Shown here in pieces: positions 26,594 through 38,559 of a stretch of DNA of 64,000 bases. Origin of the DNA: Octopus sinensis (Eukaryota); the NCBI RefSeq assembly GCF_006345805.1, contig NC_043019.1, positions 27,403,360-27,467,359 of the forward strand, given 5' to 3'. Under the pieces are notes generated by a model. That model ran no database searches. It had not been told where the DNA came from and saw only the letters and a list, made by a program, of their open reading frames with translations. Each line of letters begins with the position of its first letter. The stretch's first letter is position 1. The position numbers and the translations under genes were made by a program.

Positions 26594-26626
<33 letters not shown>

Positions 26627-26850
26627 TATTATATTTGGTGTGTTATATACATATATATATGTCATATATATATATATATTATATATATTTGTGTGTGTAT
26701 ATATATATATATATTGTATATATATATAATATATATATATATTATATATATTTGGTGTGTATATATACATATATGTCTATATATATATTATATATATTTG
26801 TGTGTATATATACATATATATATGTCATATATATTATATATATTTGTGTG

Positions 26851-26886
<36 letters not shown>

Positions 26887-26978
26887 TTACATATATGTCA
26901 TACATACATCATATATATATATATTTATATTTATATTTATATATGCCATATATTTATATCATATATATTATGTGTTTG

Positions 26979-27009
<31 letters not shown>

Positions 27010-27045
27010 GGGTGTGTTTGTGTGTGTGTGTATATATATGTTTGT
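25420..27045. repeat. Two long compound TA/CA/TG microsatellite tracts (about 25420-25880 and 26545-27040)
   Basis: Direct reading; source of the many Y/I-rich spurious ORFs. Confidence 0.95.
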
Positions 27046-27454
27046 CTCTGAGCCACAGCCCATAGTGCATAAACATGTAGTAATGTAACATATCTGCTGC
27101 ACATTGCCGCTAAAATACAAACACCTAGAAGAGAAGCTCATGCAATGCGCACTCTTACATGCTAGCTCACACACACACACATACACACACACACAGATAT
27201 GCATCTGCAAACATCATTTGCATACTCATTAGCATACACAATTACACAGCAGCTCTCTTTTAGTGTCTGTTTGTCTCTCACATGAATGCATGCGCGATTA
27301 TGCACACACTTAAACACAAACAAATTACAACAAAAACAACAAAAAAACTCACACATGCACGCACACACACATATGCAATGATACGCAATTACTGGCATAT
27401 ATATATACACTCGTGGTTATCCAGTGAAACACATATACAAACTGACCAGTCCCT

Positions 27455-30400
27455 TTAAATGACCTTGGTGGCCTCTGCAACTGCAGTTTCAACTTCCTGT
27501 CCGCATATCACCGTCTCCTCTTCGCCCTCCTCTGTCTGGTTCACAAACTGTAGTATGACAACTGTATGGCCATCCTCTTCGACAACGGTTGGATGTATTT
27601 CAGGCACCCGGATACTGTCTCCTTGTCCAGTGAAGACAGCATTGGACAAACTGTGAAGAGCTTCAGCAGCCATTCTTGGCAGAACACCATCAGTGGTGGA
27701 TACGGCGATGCTTGTGTCAGCTCCGAGGGTGATAATGGTTTCCTCTTCTTTATTACCGTTTTCGCTGTTGTCCTCTTCATTGTTGATGTCGGTGCTTTTC
27801 ACTGTGAGGTGCGATTCACTTTTCATACTGTTCTTCTGTGAGCGATCAACCTGTTTGCGGAGGTTACCCAGAAAGTTCAATTCCTTCAGTTTGTGCAGTC
27901 GTTCGGGATGTTTCTTCCGGTAGTGCCGGATCAGCGTATGACGGTGTCCGCATTTGGCATTGCAGCAATCACAGACGTACATCAAGCCACTGTGAAAAAT
28001 CTGCGTATGCTTTCGCAATTCGTAGCTCTTGACAAACTTCTTTCCGCAGTACTCACACATCAGCTTGTTGGTCATGGTGTGCTCAAGTCGGTGTCGATTC
28101 AGTTGATCTGGATACTTGAACTTCTTGTCGCAATACGAACAGGCAAAGTGTTTCTCCTGTGAGTGTGAGAACATGTGTGTTTTCATGTTGCCCTTCTGGC
28201 GGAATTCCTTGCCACATGTCTTGCATGTGTACTTTGGTGGTGCATCTGAATGAAACTGCCTCATGTGTGACACCAGACTGGTTTTGGTCTTCACTATTTT
28301 ACCGCACTCGGCACACTGGTGCTGGTACTTGTTCTCATGCACGGAGGCTTTGTGCTCTTTCAAGTAAGTGATATAATGGAAACGCTTTCCACAGATGTCA
28401 CACTCGCACGTCTTCTCACCATGGCACTTCAGGTGTTTGTTCAGGTTGCTGACGGTGACAAAAGACTTTCCACACAGGTGACAGATAAGATTGTCGTGGA
28501 TGTAGACCTGGTTGTGGCGTCGAACAACACGTACCAATGTACCGTCAGGCAGACGACAGCTGTGGTCATTGAGGTAGTCTTTGCGATAGAACATCTTGTT
28601 GCACACCTCACACTTAAACTGAGGTTCACCGTGGATGATTTGGTGCCGACTGAGATACTTGTCTGAGCGAAATGTCTTGAGACAAATCTCACAACGAGCC
28701 TCGTCTCCGTCTAACAACTTGTGGCAAGAATGGGTCTGCAGGCTTCCTCGTTTGACGAACCTTTTACCACAACGTGAACAATCAAATGGATGTGTATGCT
28801 TCTGGAAATGATCCCGGTACTCTTTAGCATCGGTGAATTTAGCTTCACACTGGCCACATGCAACAAAGCCTTCACGTTTGATGATCGCTTGGCTCATACA
28901 CAGCCTCTTGTGCCAGTTTAACTCTTCGTTCCTGTTGAATCCTTTCAGACAGATGTCACATTCATAGGTTGTCGTGTGTGTGGCCTCATGATTGTTCAGA
29001 TGTTGCAAGTTGGAAAATGTCTTCTTGCACACTCGACACATAAGCTTGTTGTCGTTCTCTTTGGAGGATTCCTCGGCCAAAGGTGTGCATTCGTGTTCTT
29101 TCAAAGCCTCCTCAACAGCAAATGACCGTCGGCATTTGAAGCAGTGCAACGAGAAACAGCGAAGCAGGTGGTTTTCAAGGCCAAGCTTTGTTGAGAAAGT
29201 GCGACCACAGTTGTGGCAGGAATGAATGTTTTCTGCAGCAGCCCTTGCTGGGTCACAACGCAGGATGTGTTTCTGCATAGAATCCTTGCGTGAGAAGCAG
29301 CGGCCACATTGCTCACACTTAAAAATATCTGTATGCATCGCTAAATGACGGAAAAGATATTTCACAGTGCGGAAACTTTGTTCACAGATATCACACTGGT
29401 GTAGGGCATTCTCATTTTCCTCCCCTTTGTTGCTACTACACGCATGGCTAACCAGTAGGTGGCGTTGTGAAAACTTCCTTTTGCATCGGTCACATTTCCA
29501 GTGATCAGCTGGTGCAGTGGCAGGCTTTTCTCCAGGTTCCAGCTGTGAAGTGGAGAGCTCAGAATCGTCTTGTGTAAAACTTACTCTGTCATCAGCGTTG
29601 TCACCAGTCTGGAGCACAGTTGAGTTGGCATTGCTGTCACACCGATGTTTCATTAGAGATTCCTTTCGTGTAAATCTCTTGCAACAGAGATCACAACGAA
29701 AGCGGTCAGTGTGTGCTGGTGCATGTAGTTTCAGATACTTTATGTTGGTGAATCTTTTGCCACAGACGCAGCAGGCATAGAGAATGACATCGTCCGTCTT
29801 ATCAATCAAAATATCTATGCCATTGTCTTTGGCAAGAATTTTACATTTCCTTCTGGATTCCGGTGAATCACTGGAATCATCTTGGTTATCCTCATTAGCT
29901 GTATCAGAGTCCTTGAAATCAGACTCTAGTACTTCTCCTTCTTCACATTCATCTTCACCTAAAATGTCATCAGTGTCGTCATCGGCCAAATTCTTGCTGC
30001 TTTCATCATCAGTGACAGGTGTTTTCTCACTGTCACTGTTCACCAAGTCAGCTTTCTGTGAAGTTTTGCTCTTTGATGGAGACTGCTCTTGAGAAGTTTT
30101 GGCTTTGATGGCTACTGATGTGGTGTTGCTTGTGTTCTTGCTGCTGACCAATGACACGGCTGTGTTGCTGTTGGCCGGTGTAGTTGCCTGCGTTTGCAAT
30201 GCTTTCGGTGGTCGCCCACGACGACGAGTTGCACCAGGCACTTTCACAGTTTCTTGCAAAACCTTTTTCTCCAATGGCTTTTCAGGTTTTGCTACTTTAC
30301 TCGGCTCTTCTTCATCAATTGCTTTGTTACCAGTTGTTCTAATACCCTTCAACCGTCGTGTGGGTAACACCCGTGCCAGGCTTTGCGAAGGCGAGGCAGC

Positions 30401-32826
30401 CTGGACAGGTGACTGACTAGTACTGGTTTTTACTTTCTTAGGTGTTGACAATTCTGATTGTGATTTGTCACTGTCAGAACTGGCTTTTGGTTTTCTCCCC
30501 AAATGAAGTGCCTGGCGTGTGCGCTTCCTAGGCCGACCTGGGCCACGTGTCTTTTTCAGGGGCTCTTCTTTTGTGGTGCTAGCTTCAGCGGCACCATTAC
30601 TTTTATCTGTAACATCACTGACAACTGTTGGCTGGCAACTCTCAGAACTCTTTGCAGTGACCTGTTCCGGTGTGGCTTTATTCTCTTCACTCTCACCTTC
30701 ACCTTCATCTTTATTCAGCCAAGCAACGTCAGCAACAACATAGTCAACAAACTCTACCAATTTGTTAACTTTGTTCTCAGTTGTCTCACTTGACCCATCA
30801 AGTTTTCCCAACTTCCCATCATCTCCATCTTCAATGGCACTGGTGCTCTTAGTCTCAGAATCATGACTGACATCTTCTTCAACCAGTTTTATTGTAACAG
30901 GTTCCTCTGACGTGCTTTCTTTGCAGTGAGTATCCATCTCCTCAGCTGCTGTTACACAACTTGTGTCATCGTCATTTTTCTCTTCTTTGGCCAGCACGCT
31001 GACAACATTAGCATCCAACTGAACAATCTCGAATGACTGACTTTCCATAACTAAGCTGTTCTCATTTGCTTTGGTGTCCACCTCATCTGTAACTACAGTG
31101 GTAGTATCATCAAGCATTGATTCATCAACAGGTGAATGCTGCACAGCTTTGTCAACCAGCAGACGTTCTTCAACCTCTTCACCGGTAATTTCTGCTTCCT
31201 TCACCACAAACTCTTGATTTACTACAGACTCCTGCAGACACTTTTCTGCGGAATTCTCTTCTACTACAGACACAGCTACTTCAAATTTCTCACCATCATT
31301 CGATTCCTCTACAACAGAGTTTTTGCTAACAACCGACTCTGTATTTACATCAATGACAGATTTATCACAAACCACGGTCTCTTCTATAATGGTCGGTATA
31401 ATAATGCTCTTATCGTCTTCGGTATGTGCAGACATGTCTATCTCTTTCACAGTCTCTACAAGGTAGTTCTCACACTTAATAGTATCGGCTATTTTCTCCT
31501 CCTGCGACTGAGACATTCCTATCATATTCTTATACATTTCAGATATGCTCTCATGAGTGTTTTCAACATGCACCACTTGAACTGTAGATGAACCGGCTGC
31601 TATATTCTGTTCATCGCTGCTGTTGTTACTGTTATTGTCACCACTGCCTTCAGGGATATAGTCAGTGTTGGAGACAGTTTTAACATACATACTGTCAAGA
31701 CGTTCGAAAGCTTCTGATACAGTCACTTCACTAACATGTTGATAACTTTCCTTATCTTTGTAGTCAAGGTCACTGTCTTCAAGCGATATCTTGGCTTCTA
31801 GAAGAGCAATTTTGGTGATATCTGGTTTCTTACACTGAGTTCCGATATCCTCGTTTTTACCGACATCCAAACTTTTCTCGACAAGTTCAGCAAGGTTCTT
31901 ATCTAAAATTAAGTTAGTAGACTCTGTAGAATTTCCAAAATTACAGAAATTTGCCTGACAGATGGCAACCTTATTCGAAGAATCAGCAACCTCGTTTACC
32001 TTGCTTTCTTCAACAGATTCAGATGAAATAACAATGGTTTCTTTGGCATCTTCAGTATTATTAATTTCATGAATGTTACTGTCATTATTATTATTATTAT
32101 TATTATCATCGTCATCATCATTATTATTATTATTACCGCTGCTATTACTGTTGTAGCTCTGAGTTTTCACTTCTGTCAATTCACTATACGACTCACCGCC
32201 ATCATTAGATCCAACGGCAGCAGCAACTTCTTCTTCTTCATCATTTTCGTGGTCATCACTGCTGCCTTTATCCAAAGAATTAGCTAAATCTTCACTAGTC
32301 TGGTCCTCATACTCAAACAGATTACCCTTTGAGCCTTGCAATTTCACCTTGCTGTGTTTTGAGAAGAGATGGTTCCACATGACATCCAATCGGTAACTAC
32401 GGTAACCGCACTCCACGCATCGCAGGATCTGGCCTTTGTGCTTCTTCATGTGTCGTTGGTAGTTGCTCCTGTTCACAAAACCAATGTTACAAACCGAACA
32501 GTGAAACTTAGATTTCCGACTCCGAGTTTTGCCTCCACGAGGGTTGCTGTTGGGGACAAGGTGGGCCCTCAAGTGCTTAGCAAGGTCCACCTGGCTGTTG
32601 AAAACATTTTCACATTTGCTGCACTTGTACTCTTTAATCTCCTCACTTTGGATTAATGACAAGATGTGGTTCCTGTAGAGTTTATCGCAGTCTGTTTGCA
32701 TCCTCTCCAGGGATTCCTCAGACACTGACACCACTTCCGTAGCCTGGTGCTGCAAAATTGCAACAGTTGCTTCCGAGGTAATTTCATCAGTGTTGCTATC
32801 TTTCTCAGTTAGCAACGACACCATCA
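27455..32826 (-). CDS. PRDM10/15-family protein, terminal coding exon (3 + 20 zinc fingers, acidic region, 2 AT-hooks)
   Basis: 5372-nt open frame; acceptor poly-T-CAG at 32827-32829, phase 1 (G|TG) matching the upstream exon; AT-hooks PGRPRKR and RRGRPPK; stop TAA at 27455-27457. Confidence 0.95.
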
Positions 32827-33545
32827 CTGAAAAAAAAAAAAAAAAAGATTTTATATGGTGGGAAAACATCGGAGATTAAAGGAGATTATTCACTTAGTAA
32901 TAGATGCTTGTGTATATGTGTGCATAACAAGTTAACCCTTTTGTTATCATATATCTGCTGAAAACATTCGAAATAATTTGAATATATAAACATTACATTT
33001 GGCAGAATAATCTGAAAGCTAAAGGGTTAAAATAGGAAGACTGTAACATAGGACCAGGGGATGTCCCAGGTGCGTTCATATGAAAAGGGTTAAACATGGA
33101 CTGATATGTCTCACACACACACACATGCCAGCGAAAGGTACCCATGCAGGTGACACATGAATGGCATCCATGCTGGTGACATGTAAAAGGACCCACCGCT
33201 TTCTTGGAGTGGTTGGTGTTAGGAAGGGCATTCAGCTGTAGAAACCGAGCCAATAAGAGCTTGATGCCGCTCTCCAGCTTACCATCTCCAGTCAAACTGT
33301 CCAACCCATGCCGGCACGGAAAACAGTCATTAAATGATGAGGATGATGATGATGATGATGATGACCATCACCCTCATAATTACTATAATTCTTGCCACCT
33401 CCAACTCAAATTCCTACAGTTACTACCACAACTACTACAACTTGAAAGATTACCACCACTACCCCCACCCCACCACCTTAACCATCAAATGCTACCACCA
33501 TGGTGTGAACAGTGTAAGGAAAATTTTGAACCTAAAACTTTACTC

Positions 33546-33959
33546 GGATCTTTTTGGTTTGAACAGCAGTTTTTAACATAATTTCCACATAACTAAACAC
33601 TTTTAAACTTCGTATACTGGTAGAATGTGTTTATAAAACATCTTTTTCTCTTGGTTTTATTGAGAAAATTCCATAGTTTGTAAGATATTTGTTGTTTTTT
33701 TTTCTCCAATTTCTGCAATTTCAACCAATCACTGACGTCCATTGAGGTAAAAAAAATCATTCTGTGCTGTATGAATATGTCCCTCGTTTAAGAAACAGAT
33801 TGGGTTTATTTATATTTGTGAAGAAAAAAAGATACCCTTCCCCCACCCCTAACCCTAAAACAGATTGAAATGCAATAGATCGATACTAGGGTCATAATTA
33901 TGGGTGACAATTTCATATGGCACCGCTAGTAAAAACTGCCATTCAAACCGAAAAGATCC
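33546..33959 (+). mobile_element. Merlin-type MITE, full length (414 bp)
   Basis: TIRs GGATCTTTTTGGTTTGAACAGCAGTTTTT / AAAAACTGCCATTCAAACCGAAAAGATCC; 8-bp TSD CTTTACTC / CTTTACAC. GG...CC ends with an 8-bp TSD fit the Merlin superfamily. Confidence 0.85.
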
Positions 33960-33971
33960 CTTTACACTTAC

Positions 33972-34218
33972 CCTTATAATCTTTGCATGGCTTCACTGGT
34001 TTGCCCAACTTTTTAGCATAATGTAAGGCATACCAGACTTTCAGTTGCTCCCCTTCTTGGATGGTTCGGATGCTGTTGTAGAAGATGTTTGTTCCTAACT
34101 GGTAGGCAATGCAGTTCTGTTCCTCCTCGTTCTGTGCACATTGCACCAAACACATCCAGTTGCAATCGTTTTCGTTAGAAGTGTCGAGAGAGACAACAGC
34201 ACCGTCTTTAGATAAGAT
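33972..34218 (-). CDS. PRDM10/15-family gene, PR/SET domain C-terminal exon
   Basis: ILSKDGAVVSLDTSNENDCNWMCLVQCAQNEEEQNCIAYQ...LKVWYALHYAKKLGKP, very PRDM15-like; CAG acceptor, G|GTAAGT donor; phases 0 to 1. Confidence 0.95.
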
Positions 34219-34611
34219 CTGTTACGGGAAGATTACAAGAGTCAGAAAAAAAAATACAAGCTTCATTTAATTATAACGAAAAACAAAGGAAAATAATTAA
34301 ATGATGTCACAGCGCAAGAGTTACCTCCCTTCAATTAGTCAACATAACTATAAACAATAAAATATAAACCTATTCAGATAATTACTAAACAGCATGAGAA
34401 GACCCCCCATGTACAGACAAGGTTTACAGCATGGTTAGAATTTCATTGACACACACGTGTGTATGTGTGTATAATAGCACTAAGCATTGAGGGTGATAGC
34501 AGATAAGTGAGGTCTTAATGATGTGGAATAACAGAGTCAAGATGGCATGGAAAAGTGGTGATTGGTGGAAACAGTGGGGGGAGGGGTCATGGGAATTGGA
34601 ATTGGATTAAG

Positions 34612-34646
<35 letters not shown>

Positions 34647-34739
34647 GGCAGGCTTCTTTCAGTTTCCATCTACCAAATCCACTCACAAAGCTTTGGTCAG
34701 CCTCAGGCTGTAGTAGAAGATACTTGCCCAATGTCATTC

Positions 34740-34774
<35 letters not shown>

Positions 34775-34799
34775 TATACATCCATACATACATATAATA

Positions 34800-35130
34800 T
34801 AGGGTAAGATTATTAATAATAATAATTTTACCAAGTAGTCAGCATGTTAAAAAACCTTTTAGATAAATTATACAAAATATTCTATAATTATATACACAGT
34901 TATAATGAGGGGTCAGCTAATTGCCTTGCCACGTACTGAATTAGAAATAGATGCTAATGTCTTTTCAACTACCATAAAAACTCCGAGAAAATAACACACA
35001 GTGTGTTATTTTTCTCAGAGTTTTTGTGGTAGTTGAAAAGATACTAGCATCTATTTCTAATTCAGTTCATGGCGAGGCAATTAGCTGACCCCTCGTTATA
35101 ATTGTGTATATAATTATAGAATAATTTATA
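34800..35130. repeat. Fold-back element, ~122-bp arms centred at 35000, embedded in (TA)n; possibly Penelope-like terminal repeat derived
   Basis: 34878-34999 is the reverse complement of 35001-35123 with about 10 differences; leader resembles the shorter hairpin element at 16960-17070. Confidence 0.85.
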
Positions 35131-35611
35131 TATATATATATATATACACACATACACACATATATAAATACATATAAGCTGACACTTAGGGTGACGAGCT
35201 GGCAGAATCGTTAGCACAATGGGGTGAAATGCTTAGCGGTATTTCGTCTACCATTATGTTCTGAGTTCAAATTCTGCTGAGATTGACTTTGCCTTTCATC
35301 TTTTCGGGGTCAATTAAATAAGTACCAGATACACACTGGGGTCGATGTAATTGACTTAATCCCTTTGTCTGTCCTTGTTTGTCCCCTCTGTGTTTAGCCC
35401 CCTGTGGGCAATAAAGAAATAAATAACTGACACTTGTCTAACCTGTTTGTGTATGGAATGAAAGACGATGTAAAGTGATAAGAATGAAACACATTTATAC
35501 ACAGATGCAAGTCTCCTTATTAAAAAAAGTAAAAAAAAGCATGAAAATAAAAAAGAAGAAAGGAATCTCTTAATTATTTCTGGAGGTAAAATTATCAATA
35601 ATTGGAATTAC

Positions 35612-35774
35612 CTTTAGAATGAAGATATTGTCAGTATCAAGGTCCTGAGTTGTTCTTCTGGCCTCAAATGGTCCAAACTGTGTCTTGGCTGGTATCACGT
35701 GTTGAGCCACCACAGTTAGAGAGGAATCTATGTGTTCTAACAACATCAAGTTGGACGGTAGTGTAAGGCGTGCC
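35612..35774 (-). CDS. PRDM10/15-family gene, PR/SET domain N-terminal exon
   Basis: ARLTLPSNL...IPAKTQFGPFEARR...FILK; CAG acceptor, AAG|GTAATT donor; phases 2 to 0. Confidence 0.95.
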
Positions 35775-36031
35775 CTGACAGGTGACAACACAAGAACAGA
35801 TTGACAAAGTTTAGAAGAAAGATTAAAAAAAGAAAAAAAAAATTTAAAAGGTTGTTGTAGTAGCAAAAATGATACAACATCGTGTGTGTGCATGTGCGCT
35901 TATCACCATTGAGATAAAGCACCTTACTTGAAGTGTGTATGTGTGTGTATGTGTGTATGCATGTGTGTGTGGAGAAGGTAACTCAGGTAACTGGGATAAC
36001 TCTGACATAAAACCTGCGGCTCAGTGGTTAC

Positions 36032-36202
36032 CGATGATGTTGACTTGTTCTTCTTTTCGGATTATGGCTGCTGTTGCTTAGTGAGTGGGATTGACTCAGT
36101 GCACAGTGGGATTGACTCTTCCTGCACAGGCATTGCATGATAACAACATTGTTCATGATTGTTGATGGTGCTGTGAGTCTCAACGGAATGGCTGGCTGTA
36201 GC
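36032..36202 (-). CDS. Candidate alternative cassette exon of the PRDM gene (171 nt, phase 2-2)
   Basis: TTTGCTTTTTAAG acceptor, CG|GTAACC donor, stop-free in the required frame (LQPAIPLRL...KRRTSQHHR). Confidence 0.5.
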
Positions 36203-36523
36203 CTTAAAAAGCAAATAAAATTCACATTCGATCACAGCACCAATAACAGTTAAGCCTCGTGCAATGGCCATACTCGATAACGAGGGGGTAGCCATCATAT
36301 ATATACAAATACACATAAAACATTATATGTTAATTAACCAATTAGATTCTAATGTTAATATTCAAAGATATAACACATTATCAACCCTATTTATGTTGTT
36401 TGAAAGAGACAGAGAGAGGGGAGACAAAGGAGAAAGCAATAAAGAGGGGTGAAGAAAGAGAAAGGAGAGAGAAAAAGGAAGGAATGAAGGAGAGATAGAC
36501 AGATAGCTAGAAATATTCCTTAC

Positions 36524-36794
36524 TTTGACATCACTTTGAACTCTCCAACTGGTGTGTTGAGTCCAAGTTCTGGACATTCTTCAGTGAGGTGGTCACCGCC
36601 ACATACATCACATCCAGCATAGAGGTCAAGGAAGAGTGTGGTTGCTGTTGCAGCATCGGATACTGTTGCAACTGTAACTGATTCGGCAGCTTCTGTGACG
36701 ACAGCTGTTGCAGTCGTAGCTCCGCCAAGGGCTGACACTGCGGCTGTGACTTCATCTTGGGACGCACAGATTATTGTAGGTTTCTCTTCTGGAG
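36524..36794 (-). CDS. PRDM10/15-family gene, zinc-knuckle exon
   Basis: PEEKPTII...GCDVCGGDHLTEECPELG...FKVMS; CAG acceptor, AA|GTAAGG donor; phases 1 to 2; joins as VMSK-ARLTLP. Confidence 0.9.
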
Positions 36795-37289
36795 CTGTTG
36801 AGACAGAATACGATAAACAAAACATTTTTGAAATTAAGGCTTGTTGTAAAGGCATTCAGACCACCACCACCACTATTGTTATTATCATTATTATTATTAT
36901 TCATCATCATCATCATCATCGTTTAACGTCCATTTTCCATGCTAGCATGGGTTGGACGGTTCAACTGGGGTCTGGGAAGCCAGAAGGATCCGCCAGGCCC
37001 AGTCTGATCTGGCAGTATTTCTACAGCTGGATGCCCTTCCTAATGCCAACCACTCCGTGAGTGTAGTGGGTGCTTTTTACGTGCCACCTGCACAGGTGCC
37101 AGACGATGCTGGCAAACGGCCACGATCGGATGGTGCTTTTTACGTGCCACCGACACGGGGGTCAGGCGAGGTTGGCAAACAGCCACGATCGGATGGTGCT
37201 TTTTACGTGCCACTAGCACGGGGGCCAGACGAGGCTGGCAAACGGCTACGATCGGATGGTGCTTTTTACACCCAACTGAAATATGAATT

Positions 37290-37680
37290 CAGTTTAATGG
37301 TGATACTGGTCTCATCTGGATGATAACATCCATTTTAATAGTGATAGTGATGACACAATTTAAGGGTGATAGTCATGATATTCAATTTAATGGTGAAAAT
37401 CATGACATTCAATTTAATGGTTTGAGTGAGGGCATTAAATCAATTTAAGGGCGATAGTCATGATATTCAATTTAATGGTGTGACAGATGACATTCTTTCA
37501 GTTTAATGGTGTGTGCGAGGGCATTAAATCAATTTAATGGTGAAAGTCATGACATTCAATTTAATGGTTTGAGTGAGGGAATTAAATCAATTTAAGGGTG
37601 ATAGTTATGATATTCAATTTGATGGTGTGACTGATGACATTCTTTCAATTTAATGGTGTGTAAGGGCATTAAATCAATTA
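37290..37680. repeat. Minisatellite of 27-32-bp subunits (core TCAATTTAATGGTG) with 147-bp higher-order period
   Basis: CATGACATTCAATTTAATGGTTTGAGTGAGG occurs at 37401 and 37548. Confidence 0.85.
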
Positions 37681-37818
37681 AAATGATATAAATAATAACA
37701 TTTGTCCACTATAGCTGTGGATGTATGTGGTGATATTTGTCCAACTTAATGAACTGAATATAATAGAATGCAAAAGGTTGTGAACTGAGTGAATGAAATA
37801 AAAATGGTTGCTACTTAC

Positions 37819-37834
37819 ATTCATTTTCTTCCAT
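37819..37834 (-). CDS. PRDM10/15-family gene, probable start-codon exon (exon 37878-37819; MEENE)
   Basis: TTTTACAG acceptor at 37879-37881, GAGATGG start context, T|GTAAGT phase-1 donor compatible with the next exon (T|CT, Ser). Confidence 0.75.
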
Positions 37835-38559
37835 CTCAATAGGATGGTGTGTGGCATGTGGTGCCCCACTTCAACCAGCTGTAAAATGAACAACAAAAGT
37901 CAAAGATAAAATTAGAAACAAATATATAAAAACATTGTTGTTTTACAACTGCAACAATCATATAAAGAAGATAAGGCACTTCATCTAAAATAAAAGACAA
38001 CAGGAAATGTGCTACTCTAGCGTATTTTAAAAGTTGAAATCTTGGTCTAAGGTGAATGAAGATTGATTAGGGACTAAACTGCCAAAACAATACAATTAAA
38101 GAGAACAGCATGATCATTGCCACCAACAAAAATATGCTACACTATCACCAACAACATCATCTTCTAAATAACCAACTGGCAACAACAATGATAGTATCAA
38201 CAGACTAGTAATGTCTGTAGCTACATATGTTGTATGTCAGCACAATGATGTGTGTGAGTGCATGCACGAGGAGAATGCAGAGTTTTTATGGTTTGAGTCA
38301 GAGGTACAAGGAGCAAAGTGCCCATGAATTTGGTAATCGTTCTATTAACTTTAATCATACAGCACTCCCACCCACTTCATTCCTTAATCCATTCATATTT
38401 TCATTTCCCTTTTTACAGCCATAGGGATAAGACAACAATTTTTTGCTCTCACAAAACAGCTCTTCCCCTTATGCTATATTTTTTATTACATATTTGTCAT
38501 GGATAACTATCGATTGCAATGCTGTAGGATTTCCCTACAAATCAAGATGTATGGAAAGA

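Noticed and set aside
25245-27410. Many Y/I/C/V-rich ORFs
   Set aside because: Translations of TA/TG microsatellites.
27459-32656. Plus-strand ORFs opposite the PRDM terminal exon
   Set aside because: Antisense shadows of a long coding exon; no recognisable domains.
32827-32869. MFSHHIKSFFFF start of the 1804-aa ORF
   Set aside because: Intronic polypyrimidine tract; the exon starts at 32826 and splices to the PR exons.
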